A DNA stretch of 54,178 nucleotides, counting the filler, from Sphacelaria rigidula (Eukaryota), in assembly GCA_964200075.2 (NCBI GenBank). It is 5 parts of 5 records of this genome, joined end to end, with 100 filler letters (N's around TTAATTAATTAA, not from the genome) between each part and the next. Parts side by side here need not be neighbours in the genome. Positions count along the whole stretch, not along the records: positions 21,715 to 32,469 come from CAXNAA020005967.1; positions 32,570 to 43,324 come from CAXNAA020005968.1; 3 more parts are not named here. One strand, 5' to 3'. The notes beneath the pieces were generated by a model. That model worked only from the letters and a program-made list of their open reading frames with translations. It did not search any database and was not told the origin of the DNA. The position numbers and the translations under genes are program-made. How positions within the stretch are numbered: position 1 is the first letter of the stretch; each line of letters begins with the position of its first letter. Positions 25,486 through 36,829 of the stretch are shown piece after piece.

Positions 25486-27716
25486 GTTTGTGAATCACTA
25501 CAGCCTGCTTCACGCGCATCACCCACGATTATGTCATCAGCAAATGCTTCCGCAATACCTACCCTATATTCGCACATATGGTATCATACTGACCGCAATG
25601 AACAGACTAATATGATGATATGGTCGAAGTTTGGTTCAAGGTCATGGCGGTGATGCTGAGGTCGAAGAGGTACCTCGACCAATCAGCGCCCTCAAAACTG
25701 TTCTGAAAATTAAAAACATGAATTCTCGACTCAATCTCTACCCAGTCTCCATATACCTCGAATCGTAGTGATCGTCATCAGCTTGGGAATCTAACAAAAA
25801 ACAAAGATTTGGAAACGGTTATTATGGGTTCGAGTTATACCCCCAAAACGTTTTATTTGAGCGAATATTTTGTCATGTGGGGTTTCGTCCTCGCATTTCC
25901 GTTGATACACACGAAATGCCCCGGAAGGTTTCCCTTATATCTGTCGTGGAAAAGCTCAGATGACCCCCATACTTGGCAGTTATGTAGGTATTGGTGCTCT
26001 ACAGGAACAAATGTATTGCTGACATTATTTCAAAGTTTCTCCCCACTCTACCGGCTTCGGGGATCGCAGCATGAAGACCCCCGGAAGGCGGTATAAAATA
26101 CCCCAGAAATGTCTACATGTTTATATTATGCCTCCTGGATAGTTTCAGGAACATACACATGAAAGGTTTAGTTGTGAAACTCGAAAACCTCATACAGGTT
26201 TTCTCAATGTACCCCACAAAAGAAGTTTTTGTACGAAAATTAAGTAAAGTTTGCACGTTCCAAGCTCACTTTATCGCAAGAAAGCGCAAAAGTTCACGCC
26301 GTTTTTAGACCATGAAATTTCGCACACACGGACCATGGTTCATTACAAAGCTTTCGATGAACAAGGGTTTTTCACTTTCGGACGTTTCGCCGCTTTTCGG
26401 GGAGTCCATAGGGTCCACGGTCCCCAAAAAGACGTTCCCGAGAACCCTGGGACCTGGGACCCCCAGGAAGCCCGTGAAGAATAAAAAATGAAAGTAAGAA
26501 AAACTTGTTCGAAAGTTGCGTTATAACCCATAGCAAAAGTGTGTACATTTCAGAGTCTGCCTCACAAGAACGGCGCGCGGATTTATTCATAGCTTGATAA
26601 GCGTGAACCAGCCTTTATGTTTTCAGGGAGTGCGCGTGGTGAACGATGCGGTGACCTCCACTTTTTTCCAATGTTTTTCCTTCACTTTTCGGTATATGGC
26701 GATGAATAAATCATGTACTAGGGTTGTCACGCTTCAGCAAGGCGAGGATGATCTTTTCATGATAGCTCACGCTTCGAGCGTACGTTGCAGCGACATAGCA
26801 TGTATGCACTATTGGTGGCTCAGGCACTCCATCACGATATCCGGTCGCGTGTGGTAGCGTCTTTTTTGTTTCGTCTTTCGAGTGATGACAGGCCAAACTA
26901 GCTGCATTGCGCTGCAAAACTCGCGGTGCTTGGTTGAGAGCTTCACCCTAGTGCAGTGCATGTGAAGACCTTTGTGCGGTGTCTCAAGCATGGTGACCCG
27001 CGATGTGATTGTTAAGGAGCATACGCAAGTGCCCCCCTCCTAACGAAGTGTAAGTTTTCAATCAAGGCTTCGCAAATAGGCGCTGTCGTAGGAAACTCCA
27101 CCGATGTACGGTGGTTTGTCGAGACTACTACTTGTACATACTCAAGAGAAGGGGGGTATACTTATGACCTTGCATGCCGTACTCATAAGACCATAGAGGG
27201 AGGAAATTGACACAGGTGCTTAAGTGGTGAAGTATTCAAAGTGCTGAAGTGAACGCAAGGTCCTTGTTTCAAATCCCGGCCCGACTACCGCTACCGCAAT
27301 GAATAAAGACCAACGTCCCCGTCAGAGGAGTGCGGGGGGCTGTGATGTCGAGACCGCATACCCCGTCGCATGGGCGAAGCATGATAGCATGGCAAGTGTC
27401 TCGGAGACATCTCACGATAGGCGGTTGGAGAAAGTTAGACTCAGTACTTACTCGAAAACATGCTACTTCGAGACGTTGGTACAACGTGCTTGGCATGGGA
27501 TTTGTGCCCGTAGCCGGCGATATGTTGTTAGCGTGACAACTGACGACACATCACGCCCACCGATATACGCGTACGGACGTGTTTTGCTGTACATGACACC
27601 CATGAGCCATATTGATTTGGGACGCGATTGATACCCTCTCTGCGATGGAATGGTCCCCGAAGAGAACCGAACGTTGTGTTTGCCCCTTTTGTCTACCCTG
27701 GACGCAACAACCCCAG

Positions 27717-27926
27717 ATCCCGACTGAAGGGCGGGGTCGGGTGGACGTGCTGAATTCAACAGCGGCTGCGCTATACCATGCCAGTGATGTTGACGGAGCG
27801 CGACAGGCAGTGGAGTCCCTGTTAGCTGTGGGCTGCACAAATCGCCGTTCGCTCTTGACGGCGGTGTCTGTAGGTGCCTTGCTGAAGGATACCGGGATTG
27901 TGCAACGTGCCGCACGGCTGCTGCAG
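27717..27926 (+). CDS. TPR protein, exon D (probable GC donor)
   Basis: CCCCAG|ATC; IPTEGRGRVDVLNSTAAALYHASDVDGARQAVESLL...VQRAARLLQ, then CAG|GCGAGC; phase 0/0. Confidence 0.75.
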
Positions 27927-28518
27927 GCGAGCGCCTAGGCTGCGTGTTTGTGGGCCCAGCAATTTCGTGCGTTTCGTATCAAGTGTGTCAGGATTAGGCT
28001 TGATTGTAACTCATGTGCGTGGGTGCTGTCGCAGCCCAAAATGCGTCTGAGATATCTTGTGATGGACTCGTGGCCACGGCGAGACCTGAGCAGATCGATC
28101 GACGTTCAAGCATTGCCTGATCAGTTAGTCGTTGAGTGGGTTATGGATGTGCTGTTTTCCGCCAGGCGGATCGATTCATTCAATGTACAATAATGTATGT
28201 TCACCTGTGCTCGAAACAGAATCGCTTTCGTTGTGCGTGTGTGGTTTTCGGGGGATTTGGTGTGCGCCAATTTTGGGCACACAGGCCGCGTAGGAGAAAG
28301 CGCAATGATAACTCGGAACTGGTGCTGCAGCTTATCCTGTAATTGTACGTGTCGTTGTTTTCAGTGCTGCTGCTAAGTATATCAAGTTGAGGTTACTCAG
28401 TGTATGCACTTGATACTATTTTTTACTTGTCTAGCCGTTTTGTTTGCTCCTGTCATCACCCGCAGTCTTCCTCTTCTGTTCTCCTCATTTCCTTATGCTG
28501 TTACTTGTTGTCGGGTAG

Positions 28519-28777
28519 ACGCTTTCTCGAATACCGAGTGCCGCAGATCCTACTGGACAGGCTGGGCGACTGCTTTCCGAGGAGGCTCTGTGGGCATCTC
28601 ACTTGGCCATGCGGGCGGCGGGTGCGCCGGCCTCGATCAGTCGACGCGCCCTTTGCAGAGCCGTGCACGTATCCCCCGCTTCTGTACGTTCGTGGGCAAG
28701 GCTTGGAATGCTTGTCGTTGATACCGCTGTGCGACCGGTTTCTGAGAACGTTCCTGAAAATGCGGCAACACACAAAG
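28519..28777 (+). CDS. TPR protein, exon E
   Basis: GGTAG|ACG ... AAAG|GTGAGC; TLSRIPS...RRALCRAVHVSPASVRSWARLGMLV...THK; phase 0/1. Confidence 0.8.
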
Positions 28778-30565
28778 GTGAGCGATATTGACGTGTGAGC
28801 GGCCTGGACGACCCCGGAAGTAGCTGGGGTCAACTATTATCATCACAATAGTTACTTTCGGTGATTGGCGATTTTGATTGTGATGACTTTCCTGACTGTG
28901 CTGATCGTAGCCGTTTCGGTCAGTATGAATTCCAACCTGTCATGTCGTCGCCGCGCTGAGGTGGTCCAACAAGTACATCACCAATTTGTTTGTGTTGGAA
29001 TGTTTATACTAGCCTTTTTGTCCTGATTTCCGTCGCATGAAAACGGATCAACGAGATCGAGTAATCGGTAAGAAATAACCAAGTTCGATTAAGTGAGGTC
29101 GACCGGGGGATGAGAGCGCTTATCAAGTGCGCCACAACGAAGTGGAGAACATGCACAACGCGAGAGGGATGAAACATCCGACTACGGAGTCGTTCGGCGC
29201 CGGTGGGGAGGAGAAGTCGTAGGCAACGGTTTTCCTGAAGCAGTGTTGTCATGCATGTTGCGGTAGTATATCGTCACTTGCTGTGTGTGTCTTGATGGCA
29301 TTTGTACTGTTTCGCGCCGCCACTGTTTGGGCAGATGAGCTGTGAATGTATGAAGATCCAAGAAAAAAAATTCGACTTCATCATCCTAACGCGCGAATTG
29401 CTGATGCGCGTCTTCTTTGGCTCAATCTTGCTACACATAGAATGGTTGTAGTACCAACGTTTACTTTTTACTATTAAGTGTGAGCGGGGTTTCCCGAATG
29501 GGCTACCCTAAACACTCGCCATAGTTGTGAAGACGGTGATGCTCGTTCGCCTCTGTGTATGTGATGACGTAGGGTTGTACACATGCTCATTTGGTTGGTA
29601 CTCATGTCTTTCAGCTCTATATATGTGATCACGTTGCGTTTCGCTATCGTGGCGTGGATTATGTATCACGAGCGTGCGCTATGTTGCGTTGAGTATTGTT
29701 GCTTGCTCGGGCAACACGCCAATTCCTACAATAGTTGAAGAGTCATTGACAGAAGGTCGGACGGTAAGGGAACTTCTTCCAGCCATGGGTCTAACATACC
29801 GAGGTCACATTCACCATGAATCGGCCAACATACTTGGTATGTCTGAGTATCCCTGCTGCTCTCCCAACGGAATTTATCGCGATTGATGGTGTTCCTGGTT
29901 CTAAGTGTTGCGTGCATCATGCCATGAAAGACGTTACCTTTATGGAAATATATCGCTGGTACTTGCCCCTGCGCCCCGGTGGTCTCATGGTACAACTGAA
30001 GTCATTAAAGTCATTCCGTTGTCCTAATCTTGGATCGATATGCGGCAGATGCAGTTCGGTCTCTCGCGAGACAATAGTTGGATCTGATTTCCGTGGTTCA
30101 AAATGTGACCACGTCAGCTTCGAAAGATTTCATTTGACGAGAGCGGACGTGGTGCAGAAGTGCTGGTCATGATTCAATCCGTGATACCCAAGGCGTGTAC
30201 TTGGGCAGAGATAACTCGATCCCCTGAGACCACTTGCTCGTCCCGGAGAAGGAGGGGGGGAGGGCTTACTCACTTGTTGCTTGCCTTAGCCGTTCCACCA
30301 CTGACCAGGCATCCCTTTCGAGACGGAGCTGGGGTCCCCAAAGGAAGGGATTGACCCCCCACCCCCCAAGGAAACCGTGGCGGAGCAAGCTTGTTGGTAC
30401 AGCCGATAGAAGCTGTTAATTACCGTATTGAACATTTTGCAGTACTGGTGTGGAAAAGGTGCCGCCCGTGGTTTGTCCGCGACCTTATCTCGTAGCTTCA
30501 GCGGCGCTTCGGCTCAGTGTTACGCTTGCGTCGCTCAATGCGTGCCTAGTTCCTACCGCCTCACT

Positions 30566-30600
<35 letters not shown>

Positions 30601-30643
30601 TGCCCTCGGTCTTTCCAACTGAATGTCTTTCACCATGACCCAG

Positions 30644-30972
30644 ATCACCTGCCACAGACCAGCATCTCAGCAGAAGTAGCTAGCAAGTGCGTGGCGGTAG
30701 CCGAAAAGCAATGCATGTTCATGCTTCGAGGCCAAGGCAGGGCCAAGCAGACCATGGGGCATGGGCCGTCAGGAGGGAAAGGGGAACACGATACTGGGAC
30801 GAAGCCAAAGTTCACCGCATGCGACTTGGCGGGCTGTCTGTCCGGCCTCGCGGCGGCCTCGTTGTGCGGGGGTAGGCAAGGGTCGGCGGATGCAGCCGTT
30901 AAGGCTGCTGTGAGAGCCGTACATATTTGTCCGGGGCAGGATGCGACTTGGCGGTGCCTGGCGGCCGCTTTG
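30644..30972 (+). CDS. TPR protein, exon F
   Basis: CCCAG|AT ... TTG|GTGAGT; ...AAVKAAVRAVHICPGQDATWRCLAAAL; phase 1/0; the RAVH-x-x-P-x-x-x-x-x-W-x-x-L motif recurs from exon E. Confidence 0.8.
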
Positions 30973-31469
30973 GTGAGTGTTTGTTCATCGTGTAGTTTTT
31001 TTTTGTCTGCTTTTGTTATTGATACGCAATGTGATGGTTGTGGGTCTGTAAGTTCGTTTGTTTGGTTTCCCCTGGTTCTCATGCCTTGTAACCTCGTTTG
31101 TTCCGTAAGCTTCTGTCGGGTATGGGCTCTACCGCGTGGGCAGTACCGCCCCCGGTGTGTTTGATGCCCGTCTGTGCCACCAGAAGCTCGTGGTCTGAAA
31201 GCTGTACAGTACCGGCAGTGTGACGCAGCACTCCGGTGTTGAAAATGGTACGCCAATGTTGCTTTAGGCAGTGACAGGATCTTGTAGCGGTCACATCCCG
31301 ATCTACTCTAGGTGAGCCTTTTTTTCTCGTTTCCGTGGTGTAAGGACGTGAAAGTGAGCGTTGGTGAGGGCATGATCGATAGGCCAGAGGAACACTGATT
31401 CGATGCTGCATGATGCATTTCAGTGTGAATGCCGGTGGACCGGTTGGTTGATCGAACTTTCGAGAGAAT

Positions 31470-31498
31470 GGGTTAGGGTTAGGGTTAGGGTTAGGGTT
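31470..31498 (+). repeat. Interstitial telomere-type tract, about five GGGTTA units
   Basis: GGGTTAGGGTTAGGGTTAGGGTTAGGGTT, directly abutting the head of a dispersed repeat. Confidence 0.9.
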
Positions 31499-31906
31499 GC
31501 TCATGATCTTGCATGCCGTCGTCAAATGACCATTGACCTCGCATCCCTACCAAGCCAGAACAGAGCACGTCGGGTTTTCGCCGGACCAGGGGGGAGTGGG
31601 GGAGGGGGGTTAGCATACGGTAAGAACGCAATAAGGCATTTCAGGCGTATCGGCTATTTGCAAGAGATGTTCGGGTAGCTTCTCCCCTCGACATTGGTGC
31701 GGGTGCCAGACATCTTGAAATATTTTCGTTTTCGAAATGCGGTGGTGAATTATGTAGCCCTCTTTTTATCAAGAATGAAGCCTGTTGTCTTACACCTAAC
31801 TTGACATGATCCTGTTTTTGTTCGTATTTACGTATTTATTTGCCTGAGCAGCTCTCGCCGTTTTGCAATGATGTGCACCCCATGCCTTTCCTAATCATGG
31901 GTTCAG

Positions 31907-32019
31907 CGCTGGTTTTCAGGCCCAACCGTTGCTTGGTACTTGTGCTGTAGGGTGGGCGAATGGTTCTCGAAGTTTCCTTGCTCAGATCCACACAGCAAGG
32001 CAGCAGTACGAGTTGAACG
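31907..32019 (+). CDS. TPR protein, possible exon G
   Basis: CTAAT branch-like motif, GTTCAG| acceptor, RWFSGPTVAWYLCCRVGEWFSKFPCSDPHSKAAVRVE, CG|GTGCGA donor; an alternative acceptor at 31919/31920 gives a short terminal exon instead. Confidence 0.4.
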
Positions 32020-32397
32020 GTGCGATATGATCACATCGCAGGGGGAAGCATCATCTAACTTGTTGCCTACTCTCGCATCCGGTCCTGGCAAACACTCCTT
32101 CTGGAGTACGATGAGAAGGTCCCAAAAATCGTGTCATGTGTAGGTGGAACACCGACTGCCCCTTTGCATCAAGTTTGAACTCCTACAAACCTCGCCCCCA
32201 CCTTCCACGATCACTTTTACATTTTTGTGGGAGAGGGATGACAATGTACACGGTAAGGAGTGCTGATGGTCATGATCCAATATGCAATACCAAAATGCAT
32301 GGCTTGCCCCGGGGAGAAATAGGCTATTCCCCTGAGACCACGGACTCGTCCCCAGGGAGGAGAGGAGTTAGAAGTGAGAAAAAAAAAGGATATCTGA

Positions 32398-32453
<56 letters not shown>

Positions 32454-32469
32454 CGCGCCTCCGCCCGGG

Positions 32470-32569
32470 NNNNNNNNNNNNNNNNNNNNNNNNNNNNNNN
32501 NNNNNNNNNNNNNTTAATTAATTAANNNNNNNNNNNNNNNNNNNNNNNNNNNNNNNNNNNNNNNNNNNN
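32470..32569. other. Artificial scaffold spacer
   Basis: N44-TTAATTAATTAA-N44; 12-mer at 32514-32525. Confidence 0.97.
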
Positions 32570-33122
32570 GTTCTGCTCTCTGCATGCTTAGCAGCCGATC
32601 GACCAAAAAGCTGATTTTGGAGGATGACATATACGCGCTTACCCGCAGTGCTATAAGACTACGTAATTGGATGCTTGAGACACATACAATAGCTCACACA
32701 AAGCGCCGTGCTCTTGTGCACACGCAGAAAAAAACAGAACGGAAAACGGTTAATATTTCGCGGAGATATGAACGATTAAAAAAACTTGTATCTTAATTGG
32801 CTCTGTATCTTAATTGTTACATTTCCCTCTATGAAACCCCAAACGACATATACAGCGGATGATGACGATTTTTGGTGTCGTCATTCACGGGAGCACGGGG
32901 AAACGATCGATACCCTCACCTTCGCTTATTTCGTCATCTACCTTGAGATATGGCGCAGATAAGGTTCTGTACTAAAATCAACATATTACGAGCAGAGGCA
33001 CTGAATGCACTAAATCTGGATATTGCGTCACTGTTTTTGAGAGTTGTGCTTTGAAATTTCGTTCTGTATGGAGAATCGCTAGCGCATAATGAAATAAACA
33101 AATAACCATTGCTCGTTTTGTT

Positions 33123-34733
33123 CAGGGATGTGCACGGATTAAGAATAAACCCGCGGAGCGGATAATCACGGTGCGGTTTGTCAATCCGCACCACTCCGTA
33201 GCATTTGTAGGGGTTGGATGTCCGCTCCGTGACAATCCGTGATTTTTCCCACTGGCGGATATCCGCTCCGCTCCGTACCATGTTCGAAATATGCGCTCCG
33301 CACCATGACATTTTCCTTGGCGGATATCCGCTCCGCAATAATCCGTGAATTTCCCGATGTACGGATATCTGCTCCACTCCGCTCCGTGGCACTTAAAAAA
33401 ACCCCGCACCGCTCCGTATAGATTACAGCTGCGCGGTGGGAACCATGAAACGCGGTTTTCTACGGTGCGGTTTTATCCACTCCATAGGTAATCCGTGAGT
33501 TCTCCGTGGCATAACTCACGGATCGAACCGCTGAAAAGCCACGGTTTTCCAGGGAGGAATTTATTTCGAATGCCGGATAACTTAGAAATCGACGTATAAA
33601 AATATCATAATGGATAAGCAATTCGCCGATACGGTTCTGAAAGTCTGCACTACGCACTCTATCCGTGCGTTCTCCGTTGTATATCTCAGATCAAACCGCT
33701 GAAAAGCCACGGAGTTCCACGGACGAAATTGTCCTGAATGCCGCATAACTTACAATTCGACGTATAAAGACCATCGTTCTGTATCAGCAATGCGCTGATA
33801 TGGTTCTGAAATTGTGCTCCGTACTTCATCCGTGCGTTCGTTCTCCGTAGCATCACTCAAATCAAACCGCTGAAAAGCCACGAAATCCCACGGACAAAGT
33901 TGTTCCAAATGCCGGGTAAGTTGGAAATTGAAGTATAAAAAATATTGTTCTGAATAAGCACTTCGCTGATACGGTTCTGAAATTCTGCTGTGAATATGCA
34001 AACCGCCCCTTGCACGGAACGCACAGACATACACACACACACAGACGAGCGTGCGCCTCAAGCTGGGAAACGTAATTCGAACTTGGCGGCGGCGCGCGGA
34101 CCTCGGATGGTTGATACCATGGATTCCAATGCCGAATATAGTGCCGAGCACTCTCCTACTTCAGAGGCCATGTCATGTAATATTCGATGTTCTTGATTTT
34201 TTTTTTTTCTCCAGGGATTCGACGTTACATGTGCGCGCTATTTATCCGCCCTCCCCCTTGTCCAGCAGCTGGAAGTCCCAGCGAAACAACAACTGCTTTC
34301 GTACTTTTTGGTATTCATCCGCGGATATCCATACAATTTTCGCGGATAAACCTATCGTTTTCACGGATTACTGCGACGGTGCACCGTGGGGAATTGCCGC
34401 GGTTTGTGCGGTTTGTTCCACGGGGGCAAACCGCTCCGTGAAAAAATCCGTGCCACGGATATCCGCTCCGCGATAATCCGTGCATTCGTAGCGGGCGGGT
34501 ATCCGCTCCGTGACAGTCCGTGACTTTTCCCATTGACGGATATGCGCTCCGCTCCGCTCTGTTGTATCACATTCGAAAAATCCGCTCGGCACCGTGATAT
34601 TTTCGTTGGCTGATATCCGATCCGCAACAATCAATCCGTGACAATTTCAATGGCAGATACCCGCTCCGCTCCGTGAGGTTTCGGGGGGGAAAATCCGCAC
34701 TGCGGAGCAGATTGTCCTCTGTGCAGATCCCTG
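33123..34733. mobile_element. 1.6-kb non-autonomous TIR DNA transposon (hAT-like) with subterminal motif arrays and three ~168-bp internal tandem units
   Basis: Ends CAGGGATGTGCACGGA / reverse complement CAGGGATCTGCACAGA; many ATCCGCTCCG / CGGAT motifs near both ends; units at 33491, 33661 and 33828; flanks GTTTTGTT / TTTTTTTT (imperfect 8-bp TSD); interrupts a repeat that is uninterrupted at ~12600. Confidence 0.8.
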
Positions 34734-34806
34734 TTTTTTTTTCATTTTTTCTCGTTTTTGTAGGGGAGTTTTAGGGGAAATTGGACAACGTTCTTGGACC
34801 TTATTT

Positions 34807-35277
34807 GGCCGGATGTTATATGGCAGACAGATTTTCCGCCCACGGATTGTTCACTTTTGGGACGTTTGACCCACCTTTTGACCCCCAAACAGGGAAAACC
34901 GCCAACACACGTCTCGGACACTTTGCATCACCCTACAGAGAGGAGCCTAGTCTGCTTTTCAGATCAGATTCGCTTGGCTCCGAGGTTTCGAGATTGGCCG
35001 CTGAACAAAAATTCGTGCGCAAAAATCTGTGGCCAAACTGGCATGGGTCGGCAATCAGAGAATTTTGCACACGAATTTTTGTTTCAGCGGCCAATCTCGA
35101 AACCTAGGAGCCAAGCGAATCTGAAAAGCCGACTAGGCTCCTCTCTGTGGGGTGATGCGAAGTGTCCGAGACGTGTGTTGGCGATTTTCCCTGTTGTTTG
35201 GGGGTCAAAAGGTGAGTCAAACGTCCCAAAAGTCAACAATTCGTGGGCGGAAAATCTGTTTGCCATAACATCCGGCC
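34807..35277. mobile_element. Foldback MITE, copy 1 (~220-bp arms)
   Basis: GGCCGGATGTTAT...ATAACATCCGGCC; the two arms are reverse complements along their length. Confidence 0.9.
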
Positions 35278-35320
35278 TACGTGTGTTGGCCGTTTTCCCT
35301 GTTTGGGGGTCAAAAGGTAA

Positions 35321-35814
35321 GGCCGGGTGTTATGGTGAACAGATTTTGCGCCCATGGGTTGTTCACTTTTGGGACGTTTGACCCACCTTTTGACCCTCGA
35401 ACAGGGAAGATCGCCAACACACGTCTTGGACACTTTGCAACACCCGACAGAGAGGAGCCTAGTAGTCTGCTGTGCAGATTCGCTTGGCTCCAAGGTGTCG
35501 AGAGCGGCCGCTGAACAATATTCCGTGTGCAATAAAATCTGCGGCGATCTCCACAGATTATTGGGCAAACTGGCGGGGGTCGGCAAGCACAGATTTTTGC
35601 ACACGAATTATTGCTGTCCAGCGGCCAATTTCGAAAACTCGGAGCCAAGCGAATCTGAAAAGCAGACTAGTATGCTCCTCTCTGTGGGGTGATGCAAAGT
35701 GTCCAAGGCGTGTGTTGGCGATTTTCCCTGTTTGGGGGTCAAAAGGTGGGTCAAACGTCCCAAAAGTGAACAATCCGTGGGCGGAAAATCTGTTTGCCAT
35801 AATAACATCCGACC
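35321..35814. mobile_element. Foldback MITE, copy 2 of the same family
   Basis: GGCCGGGTGTTAT...ATAACATCCGACC; same arm sequence as copy 1. Confidence 0.9.
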
Positions 35815-36829
35815 CTGTCTCAGTTTTTCAGCTCGAGTTTCAAAATTGATATTTGAAATACATCATCATGGAGAATCGCAAAGGCATGTCGGAGAAGAAA
35901 AATGGGCCTCCATATATAAATATATATATATATTCAAGAGGTTTGGACGTTCTCGTGAAAATATGGTGATTACTACACTAGAACGTCCTCAAAGTGGAAA
36001 ACAATAATATCAAACATTTCCCACTCTTTTGCATTATGGCCTAGCGAGGTCCCACACGAAATTAAAAGAAGTACAACACAAGTACTCGTACCAAACCTGG
36101 GCCGGTGAATGACCTGGAAATTAATGTTCCGAATTTCGTCCGGCCTGGTTTCTGAACTGATTTTTTCATGAGTTAATGGCAATAACCAATACTCAGTGTT
36201 CAGGAAAATGGCCTTAACTCACAAAAAAAACGTTTTAAAAACGTTACGCCAGGGCAGGATTTAAAAAAAATTATGCCCTATTCATGTTCCGTACCAAATT
36301 TGAAAGTCCAACTCTCAAAATTGAGCCTAGACGGGGTCTGCAAACCACACATTCGATTCTTGGCTGGCCAAGCTCGTACGTTTGAATATGATACGTATCA
36401 CCCACGGATCGGCCAGTACCAGCCAGCAGCTCCTATATATGTCAAAACGTTTACCCGTATACCAGAAATGATTGCAATAACAAGCAGAACGGAAGCTCTC
36501 GCTGAAGGAAACTCGAGAAGAGGTAAATGTCCCAATTAAGGTACGGTTAAGGCACCTGAGGGGAAAAGCTCTGCTTCGTGGGAAGCATGGCACGTAGAAC
36601 AATGCCCATGCAGCGTATCCGGTGAGAGAGATAACTCAATTCTCCATCACCCAAGCATTTCGAAATTGAAAAATAATCAAACCAAGTTGCTGCAGTAAGA
36701 GTGGAGTATGGCTCTATTATTGACGTGAAAAATGCAACCCAAATACCCTTTGTTCCAATTAAGATACACTTCACGTAACAGTTGATTTCTCGCGACGTGG
36801 GACGTTTCAGACCTTTTCCTTCGGTACAA

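Noticed and set aside
5691..30972. Ankyrin plus TPR genes as a linked defence or signalling cluster
   Set aside because: They lie on different scaffolds that are adjacent only because of size sorting.
34781..35849. Overlapping similar ORFs on both strands, suggesting a repeated protein domain
   Set aside because: Artefact of translating palindromic MITE arms.
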